64,000 bases of DNA from Macrostomum lignano (Eukaryota), in the NCBI GenBank assembly GCA_002269645.1, contig NIVC01001103.1, positions 124,001 to 188,000 on the forward strand, read 5' to 3'. The notes under the pieces are model-generated. The model was not told the DNA's origin. It searched no databases and saw only the letters and a list, made by a program, of their open reading frames with translations. Shown piece after piece: positions 1 to 10,710 of this stretch. Position 1 is the stretch's first letter. Each line of letters opens with the position of its first letter. The translations under genes were made by a program, and so were the position numbers.

Positions 1-233
1 AGTATATCTATACCATGCAATTTCCTGGTACTGGAACACTGTCAATAGATTGCGAAAAACTTTGAAGTCCGACTGACACGTCTTTGCAGTCTGGACCGAT
101 TGCAAACATCACCGAGAACGGTGACAGGCGTTCTCAGTCAGTCTCACTATGAGAAAAAATCCACTTCCGGCCCAATCTTCTTGGAGCCCAATTATTCTTA
201 TCCAGAAAAGTATAAATGATATAGTAAAATTGG

Positions 234-1049
234 TTGCTAGGGGAAGAATCGCGAGGAAAAACGCAGGGCTTTACACACCGCACATGGATCCCGTGTTCCC
301 GTGATCCCGCGGCGTTGGCACGCGATTTTCGATGCACCAGCCAAATTCCACTGAGAGTCTGCGCATTGAGTCTCATGGTCTGCATCGGTTTGGTTCCCGA
401 CAGGATCCAGATAGTCTCATTGTTTGACAGGGGCGCGGGACTCCGAATTCTGGATTACGCAACTGGCACGCTCTACATTATAACAATAATGAAAATAGTT
501 TACGATTGGCTGCTGGTTATAAAAACTTTGGCTCTGCTTTGGAATATTGTTGGCATATTTTTCTTCTTTATGGCCATCATCTTCTTGGTTATCGGCCTGT
601 TCTGCTGGCTCATCACGCTCATCGTGCCGTGCGAAATTGCCTTCGACCGCGAGATGTTCGCCAATCCGTCTTACGGCCTGTTGAACTTCTACCTGATGGT
701 CAGCCACGGCGGCCTGTCCCGAGAATCCGCGCAGTCTCTGGGCGTCTTCTACCTGGTGACGCACGCCCTCATCGCACTGTTCTGCTTCAATTTTCTAGTC
801 GCCTTAATGTCGGAGCGATTGTCAACCGCGTCGCGAGATCTGCCTTACATCTGCGCCTCCTACAAGCTGTACATTTACCACGTCTACATGCTGTGCATTG
901 CCTTCGTGAGCCGGCTGGTGCAGTGTAAGAGAAAAATAACTACTGCGAAAGACAACAGTCCGCTTCAGTTCTGCAGAATTTTGGAGCCACAACTCAGATT
1001 CACCGACTTAAAGGGAGCACGACAATCCACTGCCAGCTATTTAGGTTAG
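234..1049 (+). CDS. TRP-channel-like membrane protein (S5-pore-S6 region); probably a terminal exon or partial gene
   Basis: Several hydrophobic helices, a pore-helix-like segment (FANPSYGLLNFYLMVSHG) and an S6-like segment ending NFLVALMSE, resembling TRPV/TRPA N(L/M)LIA(M/L)M. Possible acceptor ttgctag at about 240. True start not established. Confidence 0.6.
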   Translation: MLGEESRGKTQGFTHRTWIPCSRDPAALARDFRCTSQIPLRVCALSLMVCIGLVPDRIQIVSLFDRGAGLRILDYATGTLYIITIMKIVYDWLLVIKTLALLWNIVGIFFFFMAIIFLVIGLFCWLITLIVPCEIAFDREMFANPSYGLLNFYLMVSHGGLSRESAQSLGVFYLVTHALIALFCFNFLVALMSERLSTASRDLPYICASYKLYIYHVYMLCIAFVSRLVQCKRKITTAKDNSPLQFCRILEPQLRFTDLKGARQSTASYLG

Positions 1050-1135
1050 GGTTAGAGTATAGTTTAAGTTAGGCTTCTGTTAGGGTAGATTACGGTTAGG
1101 GTTAAATTAGGTTAGGGTTTAGGTTAAGGTTAGAT
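1040..1135 (+). repeat. Degenerate telomere-like (TTAGGG/TTAGG)n tract
   Basis: Multiple ttaggg/ttagg units with substitutions; overlaps the stop codon of ORF 234-1049. Confidence 0.6.
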
Positions 1136-1899
1136 TCGACAGTTACTTTCAACATCTTAGCTACGATACTTTATTCAGAGCTATACAAAGTTCTCTATAC
1201 CCCTATTTGAAACCGTTTTAGTCTATCAAAACGTTTCAGTTGTTCTGGAAGTTGTTTTTCTGTTTTCTGTTTATGACTGTCCTAATATCCTGTAATAATG
1301 ATTACGAGTATGCTATCCTCTGCTAGATAAGGATCGTGTTTTCGTATTCTCTTTGAAAAACAGCATTCCGCTTTGGAACATTTTGCTGAGTCATGACCAC
1401 TACAATTATTGTTTTTTTTACTTCAAGCGCGAGCTTCAATAGAGAAGTATTAAGTATAAGGAATAAAATAGCCGCCTTGAGTGCAAGAACTGCAAAAACA
1501 GCTGATAAAGTCGAAGCAAACTTAGCTGCTTTACCTTCCGCAACACTGCGGGCGGGCGAGCTTACTTGAACTCAACAACACGAGCTGCAATAATATTTAC
1601 GATGCATGGCTGGGCTTAACAAAGATTGTAAACCATGTCTTTTGAGATAATATTAGTCATAATGTAAACTCTCAGCTTTAATAAAATATTGCTTTTCGGG
1701 GCATGTTCTATTTTTATACTTGTCGTAAGCGCTTCTTTTTAAGGATGCACCTGAGGCCAGATAACTACAAGAGACGCAATAAAACAGATAAAAATCTCAA
1801 AAAATCACGCGCCTTTGCACACACTGGTCTATAAAAGTAATAAAATTTTTGAATTAGGGAAATCATGCAATTACAACGTGAGCAGTGCAAGCAGCAAAA

Positions 1900-4800
1900 A
1901 TGCACGACACAGAGCTTCATCAAGCTTGCGACAACGGCGACAGTGGGGCCGTAGAGCGACTGCTGAAGTCTGGCGCCGATCCGGACGCTCGGAACGCGTC
2001 GGGTCGGACGCCACTTTGGGTGGCGAGCCAGAAAGGTTTTGTGCCTGCGATGGAGCCGTTGTTGGATGCTGGAGCTCAGCTAGACTGCGCCCAGAGCGAC
2101 GGAGCGACTCCACTGTTCGCGGCTGCTCAGGGTGGCTGCGACCCGGCAGTGGCGAAGCTGCTCGAGGCAGGTGCAAGTTCGGACCTCCAACGCCAGGACG
2201 GCTCCACACCGCTGCTGATTGCTGCTCAGACGGGTCACGCCAGAGTCGTTCGCTGTCTTCTCGACGCTGGAGCCGACCCGAACCGACAAAGAAACGACGG
2301 CTCGTCGCCACTGCTCATGGCGGCTCAGTACGGTCAGCAGAGAGTGCTCGAGATGCTGCTGCAAGCTGGAGCTGATCTCCACCTGCCCAACATCTTCGGA
2401 TCGGCGGCCCTGTTCGCAGCCTGCTGGTGGAATCATTTCACAGCCATTCGTCGACTGCTGCAGGTCGGCGCGGACGTGAACCTGAAGACGAACTCCAAGT
2501 GGACACCGCTGCACAAGGCTGCTCAGAAAGGCTACCTAGAGTTAGTGAGCTTCCTCATCGAGTCAGGAGCTCTTGTAAATGCTCTGGACAACGTCAGATC
2601 ATCTCCACTGCACACAGCAGCTGAGAACGGACACGATGAGGTAGTGAAGTTTTTAATTGAGTCCAATGCGTCAATCAATGCACAGGACTCGAAGGGAGAC
2701 ACGCCGCTCCACAGGGCAGCCAAAAAGGGCAACACTGGTGTGATACGAGTTCTGTTAGAGGCCGGTGCAGATTCCAGCTTAGAGAACAAGTCCGAGGAAC
2801 TTCCGATCTGTCTGGCCGCGAGCCACTGCACACAAATGGAAGCAATCGAGCTGCTGCTTCACGCAAGCCAGCCTCATAGCGGTCACATCGAGGCGGCAAT
2901 TGCTGCCGCATGTTGCTACGGGCTCGGGAACAATGCTCTGCGACTACTCAAAAGTGTCAGAGTTGATGCAGAAGTGTTGCGGCGTATTGTCCCAAAGTCC
3001 TGCGCCAGTCTGGCGGTTCAGTGTCTGCGCCGCTTTGACAGAAGCACATCGGGAAATGTAGCATTCGGATCGACTACTCCATCCAATTGGTAAGTTAACA
3101 CCATATTAAAAATTTATGGTAAACCACATTGGTATTTACTACTTGCCAAATGATACTCTTCCACGTTAAACTCAGGCGCACTTCTTCCGAGAGCCAATTT
3201 AGCACAGAGCTGTTTGAAACTCTCGATGGCTCCGGCTTCAACAGAGTCGGTGCCCTCGGTCAGCAGGCTGAGGCAGAAATTTTGCAGCAAATCGTTCGTC
3301 ATCTGAAGCCAGACACGTGCATCAATGTAGTTGGCAGCTTCAGCGAAGGATGGGGCAGCTCGTTGAAGTGTCTTAATGGCCAGATCGACAAGGACTCCGA
3401 CATCGACTTCACGGAGATCCTCGCTGACAAACTGCACATCAAAGGTCGCTGCCAATGCGAGTCACCGGATCCTCAGAAAATAGTCGAATACAAGAAAGGT
3501 TACGTTCGCTACCCCGTTGCAAGTAAGTTAAACTCGGTCGCAATTGTGCTTTCTGATTTGTAAATAGCAGCTTGACTTTGGCCCTGCAAATCCGCTTGTA
3601 AAGAAAGATCCAAATAAATAACCGTTGTATCAAATACCGAAACTGCGTTTGTTGCAGCTGCGAATCCGAGCAACCCTCAGTTCGGCACGCCCCAGTCCCC
3701 AGCCATGGACTACGTTAACGCCTTGCGAACCTGCTGCTACCCGGACATTGAGGTCCTAAGACCAGGTCGACCGACTCAAATCCAACCGCATCTGCTCAAA
3801 GCACTCACAACCGAGCTCCAGACGTCCCTGTGTCACTTGGTCAGAGCGGCACCTCCTGACAAGGAAGGCGAATGGCTTAGATTGAGCACCACCTTCCTCG
3901 AGAGGCTCATGATTCGAGGCTTCAACACACTGCAAGGCCAGCTGTTCGTCATCCTCAAGTTCCTCATCAAGCGACATCTGTCCAAGTCAGTAAGCGTTCT
4001 CAAGACCTACGTGGCAAAGACGCTGATGTTCCGCATGATTGACGAGACTGCTGAAGACGAATGGCGTGCTGACAATCTGCTGCAGCTCACACGGCGAGCT
4101 CTGGAGATTCTGTGCGACGGTCTGCAGCATGGCGGAGAGCACGAGTGCCTGCCGCACTTCTTTGCACCTGACGCAGTCGTGTACCTGCGGAGTGATCACT
4201 CGGAAAAGAGCGACGTAATGAAAGCAATTAAAAGCACACTGGAAAACCTGAGACAGCCTCTTGTCCAACTCATGGGACAGCTGGTCACTACGAAAAACTC
4301 GAAATTCATGCAGTTTCACCCATTTACATTGGTGCCGGTTACATATGATCTGCACTCAGTCTGCACCGACATCAGCCTGCTGCACCTTTACCCCGTGGTG
4401 TGGACTCTGTTGCGAGATTTGGCAACCGATTCGAAACCCCCGATGCAGCTCATTAGCAGCATCCCTGATTGCGCGTTGTCAGTTCGAGAGAGCCTCAGAG
4501 CGATGGCCCAGCTGAAGATGGGTCAGCAAGAAGCTGCCTTGTACACACTGCGAGCGGCGGCTCAACACACGGTCAGCAAAGGAGTCGTTAAAAAGCAGCT
4601 CACTACTCTGTCGGATGTCACCGCGGATGTCTGGCAGCAGCTGGAGAACAGCGACTCGATCTGGCGATTCTGCTTCCGCTACGACCGACGTCCGGATCTC
4701 AAGTTCTTGCCCCGGTTCGTCAAAGACAACTTTCCCCTGGGCATGCAGATCTACGGAAACAGGTTCTACATGAACTTCAGCGCACTGCTGAAGTGCCTGT

Positions 4801-5125
4801 GTCTGGAGCTCATTCCGACCGACGTGAAGGACGAGTCCCGACGCTGGTTCGAGGAGACACTCGGAGATCAGGAGGCAGACGCGGCCGACCTCCTGCTGGC
4901 TCTACAGTACTGCACCGACGCGGAAACCCTGGCCGGCATTGTGCACCGGAACAGTGACGTCATCGCGAGTACACCATCTATGCAGTCGAAACTCAGCGAC
5001 AGCATGCTGCGACTGGTGAGTGATAGCATATGCATCCTTGATATAAGTAGCGTTTCTCATTCCATCTTCATGATTTTAAACCGAAATAGATGGAGAAAAT
5101 TGATTCATCCAACCACGGATTGTAG
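1900..5125 (+). CDS. Ankyrin-repeat + Mab-21/cGAS-like nucleotidyltransferase (cGLR-like), copy A. Exons 1900-3089, 3176-3522, 3658-5015, plus an uncertain terminal exon (e.g. 5090-5125)
   Basis: About 10 ANK repeats (TPLH/TPLL motifs). GT-AG introns 3090-3175, 3523-3657 and donor at 5016 join in frame: 2895 nt = 965 codons. NTase motif GSFSEG...DSDID, third Asp in MDYVNALRTCCYP, and Mab-21 C-lobe motifs HLV...WLRLSTTFLE, LKTYVAKT, W....L and LPHFF. Confidence 0.85.
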
Positions 5126-5880
5126 CCGAACCTGCACGAGAGCTGCATGCGACGGACTTTGCTGGGCTTGGCGCACCAACTGCGTCTGGAAGCAACCGCC
5201 GGAAAGTGTCGCCGTCGGCGGCGGCGCAGCGGCCGAATGCGGGAGCTGCCAGTGGCTGTGCGCACGTAGTGCAATCAGTGCGTTAAGCATGAACTGTTTG
5301 CTAAAGCTAAAAACTAAACTTACGACTTTACATGTACGCTCGTATTTCTGGCAATATTTGCTGTTCATCTTCATTTATTTATTACAAGCGAACAAGACGA
5401 TAGTAATTAGTTGAGAGTGCCGATGGGCATCACTGAGCAGTTATTCTGCAGAGCTAATAAATCCAGCTATTTAGACTCATCTGTGGGAGAAAAAGAGCAA
5501 ATTTTGAATCCCTTTTATACAAAGCAAGTCTTAGTCTCTTTATCCTGTCGTGAAAGTTGTTGGCCTTGAAATCTTTTTGAATTCTCACAGCATAGGCAAA
5601 CTTTTCACTTAGCATAAATTCTAGCAACGACTTGCTGGACTATCTCTGGAAATCGATCTGAATACAAATCTATAATTTTCTATGTGATTTTAATTCCCGC
5701 CTGATAAAAAATAATTTTTGCTAATACTGCGAGTTATAATGATTTCTCCTGTAAATATTTTCATAATTTAACATTTGCAAAGAAATAGAGTCGAACTAAA
5801 GTACAAAGATGACTACAGGTCAAGGAGTAACTATCGGCGGCAATCAGTTTACAGACATAACAGATTTATAGCTTCCAGCT

Positions 5881-6144
5881 CTACAACTTTGTATGGATTT
5901 TTAGAGTTCGTATATACTCAGACAGACGTAGCGTGAATTCCTTGAGCATATTCGACTGCCGCTCCGAGAGCAGAGCGATGATAAACTTGAAGCAGAACAG
6001 CACGGTGAGTGCATGGGTCAGCAGGAACAGATCGTACACCAGGTCTACTGACTTTATCAACTCTCTCAAAAGCCAATCGTTGCTGGTTAGCAGATAAAAT
6101 GTGAGCAGCCCAGACCGCAGGTTCAGGTGCAGCGCAGGCAGTAT
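5881..6144 (-). pseudogene. Degraded paralog of the TRP-like pore-domain ORF
   Basis: Open frame reads GLLTFYLLTS...FLLTHALTVLFCFKFIIALLSERQS versus GLLNFYLMVS...FYLVTHALIALFCFNFLVALMSERLS in ORF 234-1049. In-frame stop immediately upstream (6145-6147). Confidence 0.6.
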
Positions 6145-6310
6145 CTACGGCCGTATCGTAGAAAGCTCTGGTGGCGCAGACAGACCAGCATGAGGAAGCA
6201 GAGAACCAGGATGACTGCCCTCATAACTGACTAACTGTTGCAACGAAGATGATTTGCCAATTATTTAACCAAATAGGTTCCCTCACTTTGCTTAGTTGCA
6301 TACAACCCGG

Positions 6311-6560
6311 ATCCAGAGCAGCTCAGCGGTAACGCGTCACCACTCCCAGGTTCGATCCCTGCTCGGCCGCATTCATTTGAGACTTTTAACGAAAATTGGC
6401 CTGGGGATGTTGTGAGATTCACACCTATGAGGATCAACTGCCAAGGCACAGAAAGTGTACATGTCTGACGATTAGAAAGTTAGGACCGCTGTACACCCTG
6501 TGTGAGCGTGTGTGAGTGTACTACAGTATTGGCGCGTTTGTATGTGCTCAGGGGGTCGCC
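6311..6560 (+). mobile_element. tRNA-derived SINE, family B
   Basis: A-box-like gctcagcggtaa and B-box-like ggttcgatcc; body similar to the reverse complement of 45690-46015. Confidence 0.55.
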
Positions 6561-6599
6561 ATCAAAAACCCGAAAAATCACAACCTGAAAGCACTTCCC

Positions 6600-6815
6600 A
6601 TCATAAACCCGAAATATCACAAACCCGAAATATCACAAATCCGAAATATCATAAACCCGAAATATCACAAACCCGAAATATCATAAACCCGAAATATCAC
6701 AAACCCGAAATATCATAAACCCGAAATATCACAAACCCGAAATATCACAAACCCGAAATATCACAAACCCGAAATATCATAAACCCGAAATATCACAAAC
6801 CCGAAATATCATAAA
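6600..6815. repeat. 16-bp tandem repeat (aaacccgaaatatcaY)
   Basis: About 13 near-identical units. Confidence 0.9.
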
Positions 6816-7000
6816 CCATATGGATTTCTATGGACTTTCAAAGCAAGAAAATTCTATGTTTTTGATTTGCTGTTTCTCTGCTCCGTATGCATTGCTTTCT
6901 GTATTATAGCTCCTTGATGGTAAGCATTTTTTGTTAGTGCAGGCAGATACTACTTATTAAATTTCCGAATAAACAATTAGAATAAATATTATATTAGATC

Positions 7001-7539
7001 CAGGGGCGTAGGGAGGGGGATAGGGGGGATGTATCCCCCCCGAAGAGCCTGGCCAAAACTTTTTTGTTGTCCTTTGTTGCTATACATGCTACCATGTGAC
7101 TCTGTCATAGCACTTTTTCCTTGGTGTATCCCCCCCGTAGGAAATTCACCTTGGTGTATCCCCCCGTAGGAAATTCACCTTGGTGTATCCCCCCCGTAGG
7201 AAATTCACCTTGGTGTATCCCCCCGTAGGAAATTCACCTTGGTGTATCCCCCGTAGGAAATTCACCTTGGTGTATCCCCCGTAGGAAATTCACCTTGGTG
7301 TATCCCCCCGTAGGAAATTCACCTTGGTGTATCCCCCCGTAGGAAATTCACCTTGGTGTATCCCCCCGTAGGAAATTCACCTTGGTGTATCCTCCCGTAG
7401 GAAATTCACCTTGGTGTATCCCCCCGTAGGAAATTCACCTTGGTGTATCCCCCCCGTAGGAAATTCACCTTGGTGTATCCCCCCGTAGGAAATTCACCTT
7501 GGTGTATCCCCCCGTAGGAAATTCATGGCTACGCCCCTG
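7001..7539. mobile_element. hAT-type MITE with internal ~29-bp tandem array
   Basis: Perfect 11-bp TIRs CAGGGGCGTAG (7001-7011) / CTACGCCCCTG (7529-7539). Perfect 8-bp TSD attagatc at 6993-7000 and 7540-7547. About 14 internal units cttggtgtatc(c)ngtaggaaattcac. Confidence 0.85.
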
Positions 7540-7642
7540 ATTAGATCCATAGAATTGTATGGATGAACATAAATTTCAACACAATTTTCTTAAGTCATTG
7601 TTAAGTCATTGTTAGCCTATTTTAGAGACACTGTTTCCAAGG

Positions 7643-9619
7643 TTACCATTGCATCTTCCAGTCAGGTGTGGTTTTATAGTCCGGGCGTGGAGGCCGTGTC
7701 TCTCGCTCAGGCTCAGGTGTGGTCTCATAGTCCGGGCGTGGAGGCCGTGTCTCTCGATCAGGCTCAGGTGTGGTCTCATAGTCCGGGCGTGGAGGCCGTG
7801 TTTCTTGCTCAGGCTCAGGTGTGGTCTCATATTCCGGGCGTGGAGGCCGTGTTTCTTGCTCAGGCTCAGGTGTGGTCTCATAGTCCGGGCGTGGAGGCCG
7901 TGTTTCTTGCTCAGGCTCAGGTGTGGTCTCATAGTCCGGGCGTGGAGGCCGTGTTTCTTGCTCAGGCTCAGGTGTGGTCTCATAGTCCGGGCGTGGAGGC
8001 CGTGTTTCTTGCTCAGGCTCAGGTGTGGTCTCATATTCCGGGCGTGGAGGCCGTGTTTCTTGCTCAGGCTCAGGTGTGGTCTCATAGTCCGGGCGTGGAG
8101 GCCGTGTTTCTTGCTCAGGCTCAGGTGTGGTCTCATATTCCGGGCGTGGAAGCCGTGTTTCTTGCTCAGGCTCAGGTGTGGTCTCATATTCCGGGCGTGG
8201 AGGCCGTGTTTCTTGCTCAGGCTCAGGTGTGGTCTCATAGTCCGGGCGTGGAGGCCGTGTTTCTTGCTCAGGCTCAGGTGTGGTCTCATAGTCCGGGCGT
8301 GGAGGCCGTGTTTCTTGCTCAGGCTCAGGTGTGGTCTCATATTCCGGGCGTGGAGGCCGTGTTTCTTGCTCAGGCTCAGGTGAGGCTCCACCAAAATCAT
8401 AAAGGTGGGGAGGCAATGGTGGCAAATTTTTTGTCACGGATTGTACTTCTGGAAAATAACTGGCAACGATTTTTGTGTAACGAAACAGCTGGCTCATGTG
8501 ATACCAAATCCGTCTGAGCACTTCTATTTGCCAATAATCGAGCTGAAGGACACGTTTCGTGTTAGGCTTTTCTTCTTTTGGCTCACTGGTGCCGTATTGC
8601 CTGGTCCTGCCGTTTGTAGTGTAATCCTCCTGCGGTGTAGGGAACCATGGAGAGCGCGTAGTCTTGCCGTATTGCCTGGTCCTGTAGTTTTCAGTGTACT
8701 CCTCCCGCGGTGTAGGGAACCATGGAGAGCGCGTAGTCTTGCCGTATTGCCTGGTCCTGTAGTTTTCAGTGTACTCCTCCCGCGGTGTAGGGAACCATGG
8801 AGAGCGCGTAGTCTTGCCGTATTGCCTGGTCCTGTAGTTTTCAGTGTACTCCTCCCGCGGTGTAGGGAACCATGGAGAGCGCGTAGTCTTGCCGTATTGC
8901 CTGGTCCTGTAGTTTTCAGTGTACTCCTCCCGCGGTGTAGGGAACCATGGAGAGCGCGTAGTCTTGCCGTATTGCCTGGTCCTGTAGTTTTCAGTGTACT
9001 CCTCCTGCGGTGTAGGGAACCATGGAGAGCGCGTAGTCTTGCCGTATTGCCTGGTCCTGCCGTTTGCAGTGTCATCCTCCCGCGGTGTAGGGAACCATGG
9101 AGAGCGCGTAGTCTTGCCGTATTGCCTGGTCCTGTAGTTTGCAGTGTAATCCTCCCGCGGTGTAGGGAACCATGGAGAGCGCGTAGTCTTGCCGTATTGC
9201 CTGGTCCTGCCGTTTGTAGTGTCATCCTCCCGCGTTGTAGGGAACCATGGAGAGCGCGTAGTCTTGCCGTATTGCCTGGTCCTGCCGTTTGTAGTGTCAT
9301 CCTCCCGCGTTGTAGGGAACCATGGAGAGCGCGTAGTCTTGCCGTATTGCCTGGTCCTGTAGTTTGCAGTGTAATCCTCCCGCGGTGTAGGGAACCATGG
9401 AGAGCGCGTAGTCTTGCCGTATTGCCTGGTCCTGTAGTTTTCAGTGTACTCCTCCCGCGGTGTAGGGAACCATGGAGAGCGCGTAGCAGCGTCGTAATGG
9501 CTTGTCCTGTAGTTTCTATTGTAATCCTTCCATGGCCGTTGGAATCTAAACGTGGGAAGGGCAACGACCGCGCTCAATCCGAGAGCAAGGAGCAAAAGCA
9601 CGATCTTTAAGTCAGCCAT
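7643..9619 (-). CDS. Secreted Thr/Pro/Arg/Glu/Tyr-rich protein with two tandem-repeat domains
   Basis: ATG at 9619 with signal peptide MADLKIVLLLLALGLSAVVALP. 12 x 25-aa repeats (TTRSPWFPTPREEYTENYRTRQYGK), a unique linker, then 14 x 17-aa repeats (PEPEQETRPPRPEYETT). One stop-free frame spans both arrays and the linker. Confidence 0.8.
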   Translation of the reverse strand: MADLKIVLLLLALGLSAVVALPTFRFQRPWKDYNRNYRTSHYDAATRSPWFPTPREEYTENYRTRQYGKTTRSPWFPTPREDYTANYRTRQYGKTTRSPWFPTTREDDTTNGRTRQYGKTTRSPWFPTTREDDTTNGRTRQYGKTTRSPWFPTPREDYTANYRTRQYGKTTRSPWFPTPREDDTANGRTRQYGKTTRSPWFPTPQEEYTENYRTRQYGKTTRSPWFPTPREEYTENYRTRQYGKTTRSPWFPTPREEYTENYRTRQYGKTTRSPWFPTPREEYTENYRTRQYGKTTRSPWFPTPREEYTENYRTRQYGKTTRSPWFPTPQEDYTTNGRTRQYGTSEPKEEKPNTKRVLQLDYWQIEVLRRIWYHMSQLFRYTKIVASYFPEVQSVTKNLPPLPPHLYDFGGASPEPEQETRPPRPEYETTPEPEQETRPPRPDYETTPEPEQETRPPRPDYETTPEPEQETRPPRPEYETTPEPEQETRLPRPEYETTPEPEQETRPPRPDYETTPEPEQETRPPRPEYETTPEPEQETRPPRPDYETTPEPEQETRPPRPDYETTPEPEQETRPPRPDYETTPEPEQETRPPRPEYETTPEPEQETRPPRPDYETTPEPDRETRPPRPDYETTPEPERETRPPRPDYKTTPDWKMQW

Positions 9620-10710
9620 GCTTGTCAATTCGCTGATACGAATTTCTCAGTAAGGACTTCAAAGTGGACCTGTATTGTGTTATATAGTCTGCAAATGCGC
9701 ATAAACGGACGACATTTTCACTCCATTTGAGAAAAATACTTACCTCGAAAAAATTCAAAGGCTGCTGTGCAGACAATCATAAACAGATAATTGCGTCTCA
9801 GGTATAAAAAGATATTTCGATTTTTGCGATTTTGCAGACAGAGAGAAAATATTCTTTGAAATGCGAAATTAGACGCCGCCTTTTCGCTAAATTTGCCGAA
9901 GCGAAAAAATAAAAGAATAGCCAGGAAATTATTCGATTTATTTTCAATTTTAGCTTCAAATTCTTATGCTGTCTTGGATTAATATCTTCACTAAGCCAGC
10001 TTACATTTCAGTTACTAATTAAGCTACTAAACTTGACACAACGACCTGTATATTGATGAATCAAACAATGAGTTAACTTAATTAAACCAAAATAGCTAAA
10101 TCCAAGATGACTTGTTGTTGACGTGACATTTACAAAGTATATGTATCGAACCACCATCAAATAGTTGCCAAGTCGGATTTTAAACGTCGCAAAATGACCT
10201 TTAATGTTCGCTCAACGCAGCGGTGCTTCAGATCGGCCTGCAAAATTACGAGTGCAGACATCAATTCGTTTTCCTTCCAAAATTAAAAATGACGAATAGG
10301 ACTCAAAAGAACCACAAAACGAAAAAGCTAAGGAACTCGCATCGTTTCTCGTAATGTTTTGAAAGCTAATCTGTTTTAACAAAATAAACGGTGAAAGTCT
10401 TTGATTCAAGGCCTGCTACTAAATGGTTGAGCATACTAATACATGTGTCATGTCTTCGTATGCTCCGTTTATTATGTTTATCGTCCTACTGAATCATAAT
10501 CGATAACTACAATCGTACATTAAGATGTTAGAGACTGGTGTTTAAGATATTAAAATCTAATTAGAATCGCGACATGCATAATTTTGTCAGGAAATACGCA
10601 ATTCACCGGCCTCAAATCAAACCCTGTCACTGAAATTCACTGTCGGGAAATTCTAGTTATGAAAATGATCCTTAACAAAATGAAGGCACACAAATTATTG
10701 CTTTACTTAC

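Noticed and set aside
234-3093. TRP-like ORF and ankyrin exon as one TRPA/TRPV gene
   Set aside because: Ankyrins lie downstream of the pore (wrong order), the pore ORF has its own stop, and the ANK exon splices in frame to the Mab-21 exons.
5016-5414. C-terminal extension of track ORF 3705-5414
   Set aside because: Reads through a GTGAGT donor at 5016 that is conserved in position in copy B (GTAAGT at 10710); probably intron and UTR.
7660-9490. Regular 51-bp and 75-bp arrays as CRISPR; alternative-frame ORFs (7609, 7612, 7649, 8405, 8524)
   Set aside because: No unique spacers and a eukaryotic context. The other frames are shadows of the repeat and lack a signal peptide or continuity across the linker.
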